Source: Octopus vulgaris (Eukaryota). Taken from it: a stretch of 64,000 nucleotides of DNA. This document shows positions 42,363 through 55,836 of this stretch, piece by piece. Position numbers and translations under genes: made by a program. The stretch lies in assembly GCA_951406725.2 (NCBI GenBank), contig OX597826.1, positions 37,882,001 through 37,946,000 of the forward strand, given 5' to 3'. The notes under the pieces were generated by a model. It made no database searches. It saw only the letters and a list, made by a program, of their open reading frames with translations, and had not been told where the DNA came from. How positions within the stretch are numbered: position 1 is the stretch's first letter; each line of letters starts with the position of its first letter.

Positions 42363-43339
42363 CTATATGTATAGATATGTATATATGTAATATATTCACA
42401 TATATATGCACATCCACATACATATACACACGCATATACATCAAAATATGAATATATATATGTGTGTAGGTGGGTGTATGTGTGTGTGTACGTGTGCATA
42501 TGTTATGTGTGTATGTATGCGTGTGTAAGTATGTGATATACGATACATATGAAATTGTTTGAACTTTTCCCAATTTCAAAATTATTTGTAAATGTTCTTC
42601 AATGGTTGACTCTTCTCTCCAAATAAATATTTGATATTGGAATAATTTATGTTGTAAAATTGAAATCAGGAAAATAGATATCCTGTTTTGATCTTTAATT
42701 TCTGAAATTTGCTCTATATTCTCTGCAGTATTTACTTAACTTTATCCGTCGAGTTTACTGTAATAGACAACACTACATGATGCCAATGTAGGAATCTTTC
42801 TAATGAAGAAATATGGATCAATATATAGCAGTATGGCCAAACACTTCACTGAGATAACAATTTGCTGTCTTTTCATCGCCAGGCAATGATATATTTATTT
42901 TCCAAGATAATTCCATCCAATTCTTCTCTCCAAGACAAATGGTTGCAAAATGCAACCAATATTTCAGAGTCGAATAGAATTAAACTAATTTACTCTATTA
43001 GTTTAGGAATAACTGAAAATTTTCTGTATCACATCACTTTACTTCTCGTAACATTTTGTATTTCATTGTAAATAAATTAAAACTTGTTGACTTAGAAATC
43101 TTAATTCATCTTTCAAAAGAATCAATTACAAACAGTAAAATAGTTAATCTGTGGATTCCGAGCTACTAATCTAAAATCATATTCTCTCATGCTGAATTTA
43201 TTCTGATTTAATTTTTATAAATCTCACATATTGCCATTTAACAATAGTATCACGTGGTAATAGTATATGCGATTTGTTCATTAAAGCGAGAATGACAAAT
43301 AATATCGTAGAACACAACTGGCGAACGTTTAATATCCAC

Positions 43340-43732
43340 AATGCGTGGCTCTGTGGCAAGAACCTTGCCTTCCAGCCGCGTGGTTTGGGGTTCAGTCTGA
43401 ATGCATGGCAGTTTAGAAGAGTCTGTAAGTATATTCGCGGGGGATACCAAAGCCCTCTGAGTGGATATGATAAACAGAAACTGAAAGAAGCCCGTGGTAT
43501 GTGTGCGTGTGTGTACGTGTGTGTGTGCGCGCGTGTGTGTCTTCATGTCTGTGTTTGTCTCCCACACCGCTTGACAACCAGTGTTGGTGTGTTTACGTCC
43601 ACAAGAACCGATGCAATAAGTTCCAGGCTTAAAGAAATAATGACTGGGGTAGATTCATTCGACTAAACTCCTTCAAGGTGGTGCCCCAGCATGACCGCAG
43701 TCTAATGACTGAAACAAATAAAAGATAAAGCA
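43340..43732 (+). mobile_element. CORE-type tRNA-SINE, full length with internal (GT)n
   Basis: GCGTGGCTCTGTGGCAAG..GGTTCAGTC..AAACTGAAAGAAGCCCGT..GGTGGTGCCCCAGCATGACCGCAGTCTAATGACTGAAACAAATAAAAGATAAA. Confidence 0.8.
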
Positions 43733-43734
43733 TA

Positions 43735-44100
43735 ATGAAGAACTGTTCCTACATCTGGGACGATGATGCATGTTTGGACAGAGACACCCAACACAGCATC
43801 CAGAGAAAAGCCATGTCACTACTCAAGATGAAGTCGATCCGATCCCCAGCAGATTACACCAAGTCTCTGTCTTTTAAACCACGACTACAAAGGATTCTGC
43901 TCTGTGGCGCTGACTGATTTTCATTCATTTCCCTTCAGGAACCCACTTATCTCTGCTTCCCCCCATCACCTATACTGTGACCAAACCTACGTTAATAATA
44001 CTCACAAGCCTTTCAGCCCTTCACGCTGATTCTCTTGACTATCCCCTTCACAGCTCTTTCCAGCAGACGCCAGTTTAAGTGAAATGCTAGCGTTATCAAT
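43735..44100 (+). mobile_element. CR1/Jockey-group LINE 3' fragment
   Basis: CSYIWD..SIQRKAMSLL..SLSF..GFCS; typical post-RT region, frameshifted. Confidence 0.55.
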
Positions 44101-44413
44101 TACATTCGCTCAAACACACACACACATTTGACACAAGTCAAATGTATAGCGCGTACATTCTACAATTTCAGAATCAGATCACTGAACAGTTTCGATCTTC
44201 AATTTTCATCTGTTTATTTAAATTCGACTTAATATGATGCAAAGAAGAAACAGCGCATGATATGCATGTGCGTGCGCGTGTGTGTGTGTGTGTGTGTGTG
44301 TGTGCAAAAAGAACAGCTTATAATTATATATGCAAATATATATACACACACATACACACACAAACACATATCTGATAATATATACCTGTATAATATATAT
44401 ATATATATATATA

Positions 44414-44605
44414 CACCGGAGTAAGCACATAAATGTGAAACAAGATGGAAAAAATGGTACTCGAATACCAGAGGTAGAGTAATATGCTTTTTTTAAAAAG
44501 CAGCAGAAATATCACAAAAACTGTTACTCGTTCACGGTCCCGCTCCGACGAACGAGAACGTGAAACTGAGTAACAGTTTTTGTGATATTTCTGCTGCTTT
44601 TTAAT
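44414..44605. mobile_element. PLE-terminus fold-back element centred on a hammerhead
   Basis: Inverted arms 44493-44529 / 44568-44604; centre CCGACGA-ACG-AGAA-CGT-GAAA-CTGAG-TA-ACAG; in (TA)n. Confidence 0.65.
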
Positions 44606-44710
44606 ATAGTATATATATATATATAGTAGGTTTATATATATATATATATATATAGTAGGTTTATATAAATGTATGTATAAAGACCCATATACAGCCGAAA
44701 TATGTATATG

Positions 44711-44764
<54 letters not shown>

Positions 44765-45712
44765 AGAGAAGTGATTGCTGTTTAAGACTGTTAATTTCAT
44801 TCTAAATGTACTGGAAAATATCTCCCATGCGCAAACTTAATTTTATATTTTGCCGTATACATAGGAAAACACACGCACACTCACACTTCCATGCGCACAC
44901 ATATATTTACATATCCCTACATGCACGAATATCCATCCACATTTGCTCACATATACACACGCGCATTTAGATGTGTGTGTATGTATAAATGTCAACGTCG
45001 CACTCATTGTCTGTATATGTATGTAGTTGAATGATGATGCATGTGTGTATACATCAAAATGCAGGAATGCGATAATGTTGTGAAGCTGCAGTCTATTTAA
45101 AATGAATGTAAGTTTACAAATGAAATTTTTCAAATTTATTGCTTCAAAAACAAAAACAATTAATTTGGAAAGCAAAAGTTGAAGACAGCAATATGGAGTT
45201 CACTTTGAAATGAAATTAAATATTATTCAAGACGAATCCATTAATTTTTGTTTTGCAATGAAATCTATAGAAAGAGACAATTTATGGCAAATATTTAGTT
45301 ATAAAGCACCTGTTTTCTCCATAGTAAATTCCAAAATTAGTTTATTCAGTTTTAGAGTGGAGAATTCATCATAGAAAAGTTCGTATTTTCTTTTAATATT
45401 TCTTATATTTCCTTCGAACTAAACCTTACTAATGTAAGTTTATATTAAATAAACATGGAGAAGTACAAATATACTTAATATTATAGAAATATACGTATAA
45501 AACTTATTCTATTAAAGTAATAAGCAAAAGTTTATTCTCTTAAGGAATCATTTTATGTAATTACTTCAGGAATGGTTACATTATTCCAATAAAGATATAA
45601 GATATATTCTAAATAATTTACTGCGGTACTGGGTTAGTGCGTTACTTCCAAACTATTCATATTACTACAATTTCTGCCAAGGTGCATACATACACACGCA
45701 CACATATATATA

Positions 45713-45718
45713 TGTGTG

Positions 45719-45766
<48 letters not shown>

Positions 45767-45831
45767 TACATACATACATATATATACGCATATATATATA
45801 TATACATATATACATGTATATATATATATAC

Positions 45832-45884
<53 letters not shown>

Positions 45885-45952
45885 TGATAGAAATGGTAAG
45901 ACAACAAAAGAATGAAAGAGACCTCGATATTATATAGAGGTCTCTTTGTGTG

Positions 45953-46019
<67 letters not shown>

Positions 46020-46070
46020 TCATACATGCATACATATATATACGCATATATATATATACATATATACATG

Positions 46071-46159
<89 letters not shown>

Positions 46160-46215
46160 TGATAGAAATGGTAAGACAACAAAAGAATGAAAGAGACCTC
46201 GATATTATATAGAGG
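45713..46215 (+). repeat. Tandem duplication of a microsatellite-rich block plus a unique 55-bp segment
   Basis: 45713-45940 and 45947-46215 both end in TTGATAGAAATGGTAAGACAACAAAAGAATGAAAGAGACCTCGATATTATATAGAGG. Confidence 0.85.
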
Positions 46216-46364
46216 AATTTATCTGTAAATATATGTGACAATTATTCGGTAGCCATGATAAAACTCCGAGTTTTATATACATAATCTTTTACTTGTTTCA
46301 GTCATTAGACTGCGACCAACTATTTTTGATTCTAGTGCAGGGACAGCATTTTGCACTCAGGCTA

Positions 46365-46479
46365 TGAGACGTTTTGGCGCAGCCGTTTTGGCGTCGCTGA
46401 TTCGACACTAACTTATTTGACATAAGACATTTTAATGTTTCTCTCATTCTCTCCCTTGACCTTCCTCTCCTTCCTCTTC

Positions 46480-46514
<35 letters not shown>

Positions 46515-46805
46515 CTCTCTTTTACTTTCTATTTTACGCAATACATTTCTTTGATCCATATTCTATTTATGCGTATTATGAGAGAGAAAGTGCTTATGTC
46601 AATTGTATTCAGTTAATAAATTGTAATGCCCCCTTCTCTCTCACACTCTTTGTATCTGCCTAAAGATAGTCTGCGCGCGTGTGTGTGCATGTGGTTGTCT
46701 GTTTGTGTGTGCATGCGTGTGTGTGTATGTGTGTGTTTATGTGTGTGTGTATGTGTGTGGTTGTTACCAGTGTCTAAAATGACCGTCACCAAAGCAGTCT
46801 CAACG
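46365..46805. mobile_element. Possible degenerate MITE with subterminal repeats
   Basis: GAGACGTTTTGGCGCAGCCGTTTTGGCG vs GTCTAAAATGACCGTCACCAAAGCAGTCTC. Confidence 0.35.
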
Positions 46806-47679
46806 TCCAGTCAACTACGTCAAATCGCCTGCGTCCACACAGCTGCTCCAACTAGCCTCATTCCTTTGTCTTCGTGTATTTTCATGCAAACGCGATTTGC
46901 TACCAGTGTTTAATGATGCGTCACTCCATCTAACATCGGAAGTCTATCACCGTAAGCTAAGCCTTGCGAAACACGTTTATGTCTTCTTGCAAGACACTAA
47001 TGCAAGACAAACTTTGTTACTGTTCCTTTCATTCTGATTTTAAATTCTGGAACAGCACTCCGTTTAACACTGATATTCCTACACGCTGCATTGGTTCATT
47101 ATAGACGCCGAATAGATGAACAGTGAAACTGACCTTGCTAAGGTTTGAACTCACAGTGTAAAGATTCAGAACAATAACAACTCTATTAATGCATTGTCTT
47201 TGTCTAATATTACAGCACTACTTATATAGTTACACTAATTATGGACAATAGGGTCGAAGTGTAGCAGGCACATGTGATATATTCGGCTATAAATGTGTTG
47301 GCATTGGTTCGTAGTTTCACCTCTGAAGAGTCCCTCATCATTGTTTGGCCTCACTCCATATTTTGACCTTGATTTTTTCAATCAACATTGCTGGAATATG
47401 CCATTATCTAGAGAATCCCAAGTCTGCTTTGATGCAGCCTGTTTTCGTTTTGATAAGTATAGCATAGTAGAGCCTAGTTCAATGTGTGGACAGCCGAGAC
47501 ACTTCTGAACGCTGTGAGGCTTTTTTCTGGCTTTTCTGGTTCTCATTTGTCCAACATTATGTTCTTTTTTTTTTTTTTGAGAACGAGGTTTCGCCATTTG
47601 TGTCATTCAAACTGGCAGTACGAACAAGCCACAAACACACTTGGGGAAAAATTCGAAACTTAGACTCAGCACTTATACT

Positions 47680-48998
<1,319 letters not shown>

Positions 48999-49364
48999 AT
49001 GGCATGGTTTGGCTTGGCTTGGCTTGGTTTGGCTGTTTTGGACGATTTATTCTTTTGACTTCAAATTCCACAAGTCCTCCTATCCTAACAGCAATGTTTT
49101 TACCATTTCCAAAGTTAATGGCATCTGATATTGGTAGCGTTAGTGTTGATTCAACTGTCCAAGAAACAGGTTTGGAGTTAATTCGAAGATGTTTTGTTGT
49201 TGCTATTAATGTGAGTCCAGGAGCAACAATCTTTATCTCTCCACATCACCACACCACATCGCACCACCCTGCACACACTAGCATTGACCACTCCCCAGCA
49301 CCCACACCACACACCACACCACATCACACCACCTTGCACTGAACGCTTCCCATCACCCACACCA

Positions 49365-50276
49365 TCTTTTTGATCCCATTTCAGTCAACCTTTGTTGATT
49401 CCTTTTCGCTGTGTGGCATGGAACCCCATCTTCCATGAATATAAACTCAATTTTCGTTATTTTATCGTGTGGATATATCGGAACTAGTCCTTAATTAAGT
49501 GTGTTTTTCAGAGTTTACGGTTCCAACACATTCGATCAGGTCAGAACGACCATTGCTGGTGACAGCTCCCCATACCATTACAAAGATACCGCCATGTTTC
49601 ACAGTTGGTTGGAGTCGTTTCAAATCAAATTCTTGATTGGGAAACCTCCAGATCCAAACACGTCCACTGTCTAAAAATAATGCAAATCTGGATTAATCTG
49701 AGAAAATCACTCGATCTCAAAATGAACTGGATTTTTCTGACATCTCTTTAGCCCATTTCTTTCTTTTCATGATATTAATTGGTTGAAGGAGATGGTTTTC
49801 TTCTAGCTGCTCGTCCATAATACCCAAACTTATGCAGATATGTAACACACGTTCTTGGATTAACTTCTAGCTGTTTTGCAATGTCAGAAGCCTTCGAACG
49901 GGGTTCGTTTTCCACAATTCTCTTCAAACAGCGAAGCTTCCTTTCCGGGACGAGAATCTGCTGATTTTTTCCTTGGCTTTTGGATTGCACTATAATTCTA
50001 TTCACAGTAGCAAGAGGAATTTGAAGATTTTCGGCAATTTTTCGCTGGTTAAGACCAACCTCAGATTGCCCAACAATACGACCTCTTTGAAAATCTGACA
50101 GTTCTGCTGAATTTTTTGTGCGTGGCATGGTTACTCTTCGCAAATGTTTAATATAATGCCACCTGGAATGAAAAAGAATAATTACATTGTAAATTCTACA
50201 CCACTGAAAACCTAGTAAGACGCTTAGATCAGAAATTGTGAAAATCAAAGGTGTCTATTTACTTCCTGCATGCCTG
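49365..50276 (-). mobile_element. Tc1-family DNA transposon, 3'-truncated, with a pseudogenized transposase
   Basis: [20 protein letters not shown] (paired-like HTH), [42 protein letters not shown]; 5' TIR-like CAGGCATGCAGGAAGTAAATAGACAC. Confidence 0.9.
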
Positions 50277-50308
<32 letters not shown>

Positions 50309-50312
<4 letters not shown>

Positions 50313-50994
50313 ACAATTAAGGAATGGCCTTAATAGGCCATTCGTCCACTAGAAAGAGCAGCCAGGACTCAAACCGCTAAGTAGTAGTAATTCAGAAATT
50401 AGGTGAAAATTTAAAAACGTTTACCCTGTTAAATTTATATATTTAGTCTTTGACTATTTTCTCTTTCCCACTAGACCGCTGGTAGCGATAAATTTCTATT
50501 GAATTTTTTGCTACCCTAAATTGATTAATTGATGATTTTCTGACTAATTCTGAGATTGAATCGGCAGTTTATATTTACTGCAGATAAGTTGGCGCGAATA
50601 CGATGGTCTTGAAAATTTTAAGGCAGATATTCCGAGGGCATTGATACAGACGCCTCGTGTATATCCGTCTCTCCTGGTTTCTTTACTGATGAAGTGTAAC
50701 CTATGGTAGATTGACTTAATTTAATTTAATTAAGCTGGTTTACCATTAAAAACACTGAAACGATGCATCGTCTAAAGATGAATTAGGGTAAACGTTTTTA
50801 AATTTTCACCTAATTTCTGAATTACTACTACTTAGCGGTTTGAGTCCTAGCTGCTCTTTCTAGTGGACGAATGGCCTATTAAGGCCATTCCTTAATTGTT
50901 AAATTTATATATTTAGTCTTTGTCTATTTTCTCTTTCCCACTAGACCGCTGGTAGCGATAAATTTCTATTGAATTTTTTGCTACCCTAAATTGA

Positions 50995-50999
<5 letters not shown>
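50309..50999 (+). mobile_element. Non-coding PLE pLTR-type element: inverted segment plus partial tandem, with hammerhead
   Basis: 50309-50427 is the reverse complement of ~50785-50903; 50428-50529 directly repeats 50898-50999; (TA)n on both sides. Confidence 0.85.
50680..50778 (+). ncRNA. Canonical type I hammerhead ribozyme with long stem II
   Basis: TCTTTA-CTGATGA-AGTGT[54 nt]ACACT-GAAA-CGATGCATCG-TC-TAAAGA; all core bases canonical, GUC site at 50770-50772. Confidence 0.88.
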
Positions 51000-51037
<38 letters not shown>

Positions 51038-51039
<2 letters not shown>

Positions 51040-51197
51040 GACGTGATTCTTTCGGTTTCCGTCTACTAAATCCACTCACAAGGCTTTGGTCAGCCCGAGG
51101 CTATAGTAGAAGACACTGACCCAAGCTGCCACGCAGTGGGACCGAACCCGGAAACATGTGGTTGGTAAGTAAGCTACTTACCACACAGCCATGCCTA
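51038..51197 (-). mobile_element. CORE-type tRNA-SINE, 5' half
   Basis: Similar to 30404-30567. Confidence 0.85.
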
Positions 51198-51209
51198 TAT
51201 ATATATATA

Positions 51210-52032
51210 CTAGCTGACGTACCCAGTAATTCCCAGAAAATCGGGGCTTATCCCTTGGTTCCGTTCTAATAATTGTTTCGCTAATCCAATAACAACAATA
51301 TAAAGTATGTACCTCTTAAAACGGTTTTTCTGCATTTACAGAGAATACCGAAGTGTCTTACACAAGATCTTGTTTTTAGGAATTTCCAATAAATTATGAA
51401 TACCCAAATTGTGAAGTCATTTATGTAATAACATGGAATTAGCAAGAAGTCAAATAAAGTAGCCCTGAAAAGGCTTTAATACGTTCCCAGAATATATATA
51501 ACATAGTAAGAAATACTAATAAAGTATGTATACCAAAATCGTGAAGCATGTTATGTAATAACAGTCTAATCAGATATGGGATAGTAGCAATTCAAAGTAA
51601 ATAACTCTGAAAAGGGCGTTCCCAGAGAATATTACCCTCAGGAGCGCTAGTGTTGGTATATTCGTGAATAAGTTACTAACCGAAATAACCGGCTCTATTG
51701 TTTACTTAAATACTATTTACTCGTTTAAGGGTTGTATAGGATGAATTGCAAAAATAACTCTTACAGTTCAAATGCTAAGAAATAAGCATACTCAATTTCA
51801 TTTTTATCAAATAATTTAGGAAAATGAATGGGTTATTTCTCTTCGCTATATATAAGGTTCCCTTTCAGGGGCCCTATTATCGATTTTCTACAATCTAAGT
51901 ATGCCGTGAGGTTTCCAGGCTTGAGTTCTACTCACGCGTCAAGTTTCATCAAAATCGATAAAACGATGTAGGAGGAGTTAGCTAACAACTCCAAAAACAC
52001 ACACACACAGAATTTCCTACATATGTAGGAGA
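51210..52032 (-). mobile_element. Non-autonomous Helitron-like element
   Basis: The minus strand starts TC and ends CTAG between host A and T; degenerate GC hairpin near the 3' end; CAAGTTTCATCAAAATCG..GGAGGAGTT..(CA)n block typical of such families. Confidence 0.65.
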
Positions 52033-53625
52033 TATATGTACACATATATAAATAGGTGTTTATATTTTTAACATATTGTTATTTCACTATCTACATTTTC
52101 CTCTCTAGTAATATATGTATGTGCATGTATACGAACGTGTGTGTATATATATATATATATATACACACACGTTTGTATGTGTGTGTGTGATGTGTGTGTG
52201 TTTAAATTTATAAAGCAATAAGCTGGATTGAACAGGCTTTGATTACAAATCACAACATTTTCTTCTGTGCAGTAGTAACAGCTGTGAGTTGCTGGACTTT
52301 CGATATTGTACATATTATTATATGACTTTTAAATAAATATGATCCACCGACAGCTGTGTAGCCGCACATCATCAGGTGGGTGGCTTTGAGAGCACTGCTG
52401 GATTACGACCTGTTTCTCATTGCTTTATACCTAAAATATTCTATTTTAGCACTCCCTCGAAAAACTCTTACACTAAGATGACATATGGTTGCCGATAGCA
52501 GTAGCTATAGAGGAGCTTTGAAATGCACGTTATGCGGTTATTACTCTGTTGATATTAAATATGTATACACACACACACACGTACACACAGATATAAATAT
52601 ATATATATATATAAACGTTGAGAGATCAGGTGAGAATCTGTATATTGCACATAGAATGCAGGTAGGTCAAGGACAAATGTAATGAGTAAAGTTAAAAGTT
52701 TTAAAATATGAAGTCTGAATAGTAAATTAAAGGGTTTTCCAAGGAATTCAATTAAAATCTTCAACTGTTAAATCTGTCTTCCCCACCCCTCTCCATCTCG
52801 TCATTTCTTACACATTTGATAAATTATTACAATCATAAAACTAAAATCAATTTAAGTAAAATGACTCTGGGGACAGTTTTATTTATTACTTAGTGTAAAT
52901 TACATTTCAGTACACACACACACACACACACACACACTGATAGTTCTCAATTCAGTTTTCTTGTTTCATTTTCTTGGAATTGCAGAGATGGAAGGAGACA
53001 GTGCTGAAGCCATTCTATCTTTCTATATATTTGATAGAAATGTTTGCAACAACTCTCTTTAAATGAGAATCTAATTTATATATTTCATTTTGATTTCTAT
53101 CTCAGATTTATTAATGCTGTTGTTGTTGTTGTTGTTGTTTCTGATGTTGTTCTCATAGAGAGAATTGCTGCTACTAAATTTCTCCTTTTACCATTCGAAC
53201 TGCCAAAAAATATTGCCAACATTTACCAAAGAACTAACAGATATATTCCTCGCCTTTGCAATGAGAAGATTTTTCTGGAGTTTATTTCTTTCTGTTTGTT
53301 TTTTTTTAATAAATTCTCAGAACTAATTACAATTTTATGTACAATAATCTTTTGCAGTCATCTCCTACTGTCCCCCATCCTGTGTGCGTGTGTGTGTGTG
53401 TGATTTTCTAATAATTTATTTTCTGCTAGTGTAATTAAAAATTCTAAGTTATATATACAGGCTCTGATGAGTGTCTTAAAACAATATGTCTGTAGCAGTG
53501 TGTGGTGTAGCAGAGCTACTGGACCAAGGAGAAGAGAGAACGTTAATTAGTATCATCATCATCATCACTAAAGTAGCAGGCATTTACATTGGATGTAATG
53601 ACTGAGGCAGCATCGACAGACAGAC

Positions 53626-53801
<176 letters not shown>

Positions 53802-53834
53802 GTGCGTGCGTTTGTGTGTAAATAAATATATATA

Positions 53835-54135
53835 TGTAGTTGGAATTTACAAAAAAAAAACAAAAGACGAAGGCAAGTGTAAAACAGGCAAAGGCAGGTG
53901 TAAAAAAAACAGGAGACGAAGATGGGTGTGTAAACAACAAACAGGTGTAATAATTTAACGCTCGGTAAGGTGAGAAAGTATTTTATGTTTCGAACCTAAG
54001 CTCTTCAAAAGAAAGGAACACGATGAAATAAACAGAGAGAATAAAAAGCATTAGTGGATAGCAGTCAGTCATGGCGATGGCCGGACAGGGGTGGTCAGAC
54101 AGGAGAGCTAGGAAGAAGGTGAGATAATAAAGTTG
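53835..54135 (-). mobile_element. Family B PLE-terminus element with decayed hammerhead (53980-54016)
   Basis: Sense CCTTT-CTTTTGA-A-GAGC-TTAG-GTTC-GAAA-CA-TA-AAAT. Confidence 0.6.
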
Positions 54136-54144
54136 ATATGTATA

Positions 54145-55322
54145 AGGAAAACAGGACAAGGTAGAAAATGCTAAAATAATTTTATCATGAAGAACATTTT
54201 AGTACCGGTTTCAGACTTTGTGACGTTTTCAACTTAGAGTAAAGTATGTGAAACAATTAAATTGTGGAAAAATTAAATTAAATGTTTTTTAAAAAAATAT
54301 AGTCCATAGTCTTTAAATAGGTGGAGCATTTTCCTTCACTCTCTCTCTATTACTCTTACTTTTGTAAAGGCTCTGTAGGCACGTAGGTAGGTAGGTAGGT
54401 AGGTACGTACGTACGTACGTACGTACGTAGGTAGGTACGTAGGTACGTAGGTAGGTACGTAGGTAGGTACGTAGGTAGGTAGGTAGGTAGGTAGGTAGAT
54501 ATGTAGGTAGCAGATCTGAAGAAATATTTAATATGAGTGATGTTGTTTCTAGATTTTGATTGTTTAAGTAGCAGTGGCCGAGTAAGGAGACAGCGAAGAA
54601 GAAGAAGAAGAAGAAGAAGAAGAAGAAGAAGAAGAAGAAGAAGAAGAAGAAGAAGAAGAAGAAGAAGAAGAAGAAGAAGAAGAAAACGGGTGTGGTATGA
54701 CAGTAGTAGACTACTCATAGAGTCTTCTTAAGTTACTTAAAAGTGACCTATTGTGGTTATAGATTCATGGGTAGCAAATGTTCTGAATATATCGTTTTTA
54801 ATATTTGCGTGTGTATTATTCTAAGACCTTTGTAGTAGTGTCATTTGTGGTGGACACATTCAAAAGGGGTTTACATTTTGTGATAAAATATGACTCTTTG
54901 CTAATGCGCTGATAGTGGTTGCGTCGTCCCTGAATTTATAGAGGGGGAAAATCCTGAAGTTGGGTTGTTAGTGGCGCAAATGTCGATGTGTTTGCTGAAT
55001 GCTATTTTTCTGTATTCCCGGATTTTAATCTAGGGTCTATGTAGAGTCACTCTTTGGTGTAGAATGTTTTTGGTTTGGCCTATATATTGCTCTCGACACT
55101 CTGAGCAAGTTAATACATATATTAGATTTTCCGAAGCACATGTGAAGTTGTTTTCACTGTAAAACGTTGATCTTGTTTGAAGGAGAACTCTGATCCTTCA
55201 ATTAAATTGACGCATATATTGAGGGATCGGAGTTCTTCAAATAAGGTCAACGTTTTACAGAGAAAAACAACTTCACATATGCCTCAGAAAACCTAATATA
55301 TATATTAACTTGCTCAGGGTGT
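54145..55322 (-). mobile_element. Degenerate PLE (family of 28214) with 5' inversion
   Basis: GIY-YIG remnant at 54835-55215 aligns with 28860-29240; 55218-55322 is an inverted copy of ~55096-55203; U3-A8 hammerhead remnant at 54200-54235. Confidence 0.85.
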
Positions 55323-55355
55323 AAATTTGCATTATACTAAATTATAGGCCAGCCA

Positions 55356-55730
55356 ATCAGATTAAAGTAAAATTGTTTTTATTATAACTGAACATAAAAA
55401 CAAACTTCAAGATGAAAGAGATCCGAGGACCGATGGTCGCTTTGTTTACAATATTTTGCTGGCTGGAGCGGACCCTGGCTATCGCTCCGGCGGTCAGGTG
55501 CTCGTGACTGACGATGAGCCAAACAGCTCGAAACTGAGTCAGTCTCGCGATCTTGTTGTGTGCTAAAGGGTGGTATGGGTTAGCTCACCCTGCTAGCATT
55601 ATATAGGATGCAACGCAGCACCGATAACCAGCTGGCGGAGTTAAACTAGAAATAAAAGGAACAACCACTATGATGTGGCGTTTAACTTTACTTGTTAGTA
55701 TAATTACTACTCGGATCTCTTCAAATTTTA

Positions 55731-55785
<55 letters not shown>

Positions 55786-55836
55786 GTTTTGTTTTTATAT
55801 TCAGTTATAATAAAAACAATTTTATATTAATCTGAT
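55356..55836 (+). mobile_element. Non-coding PLE-type element with inverted ends and a hammerhead remnant
   Basis: 55356-55404 is inverted at 55788-55836; CTGACGA-T-GAGC-CAAACA-GCTC-GAAA-CTGAG-TC-AGTC at 55508-55544. Confidence 0.6.

Noticed and set aside
47305-47345. Minus-strand ATGATGA..GAAAC hammerhead-like string
   Set aside because: C3 absent, no UH triplet and no stem I
53455-53500. CTGATGA with flanking TACAG/CTGTA
   Set aside because: No stem II or GAAA
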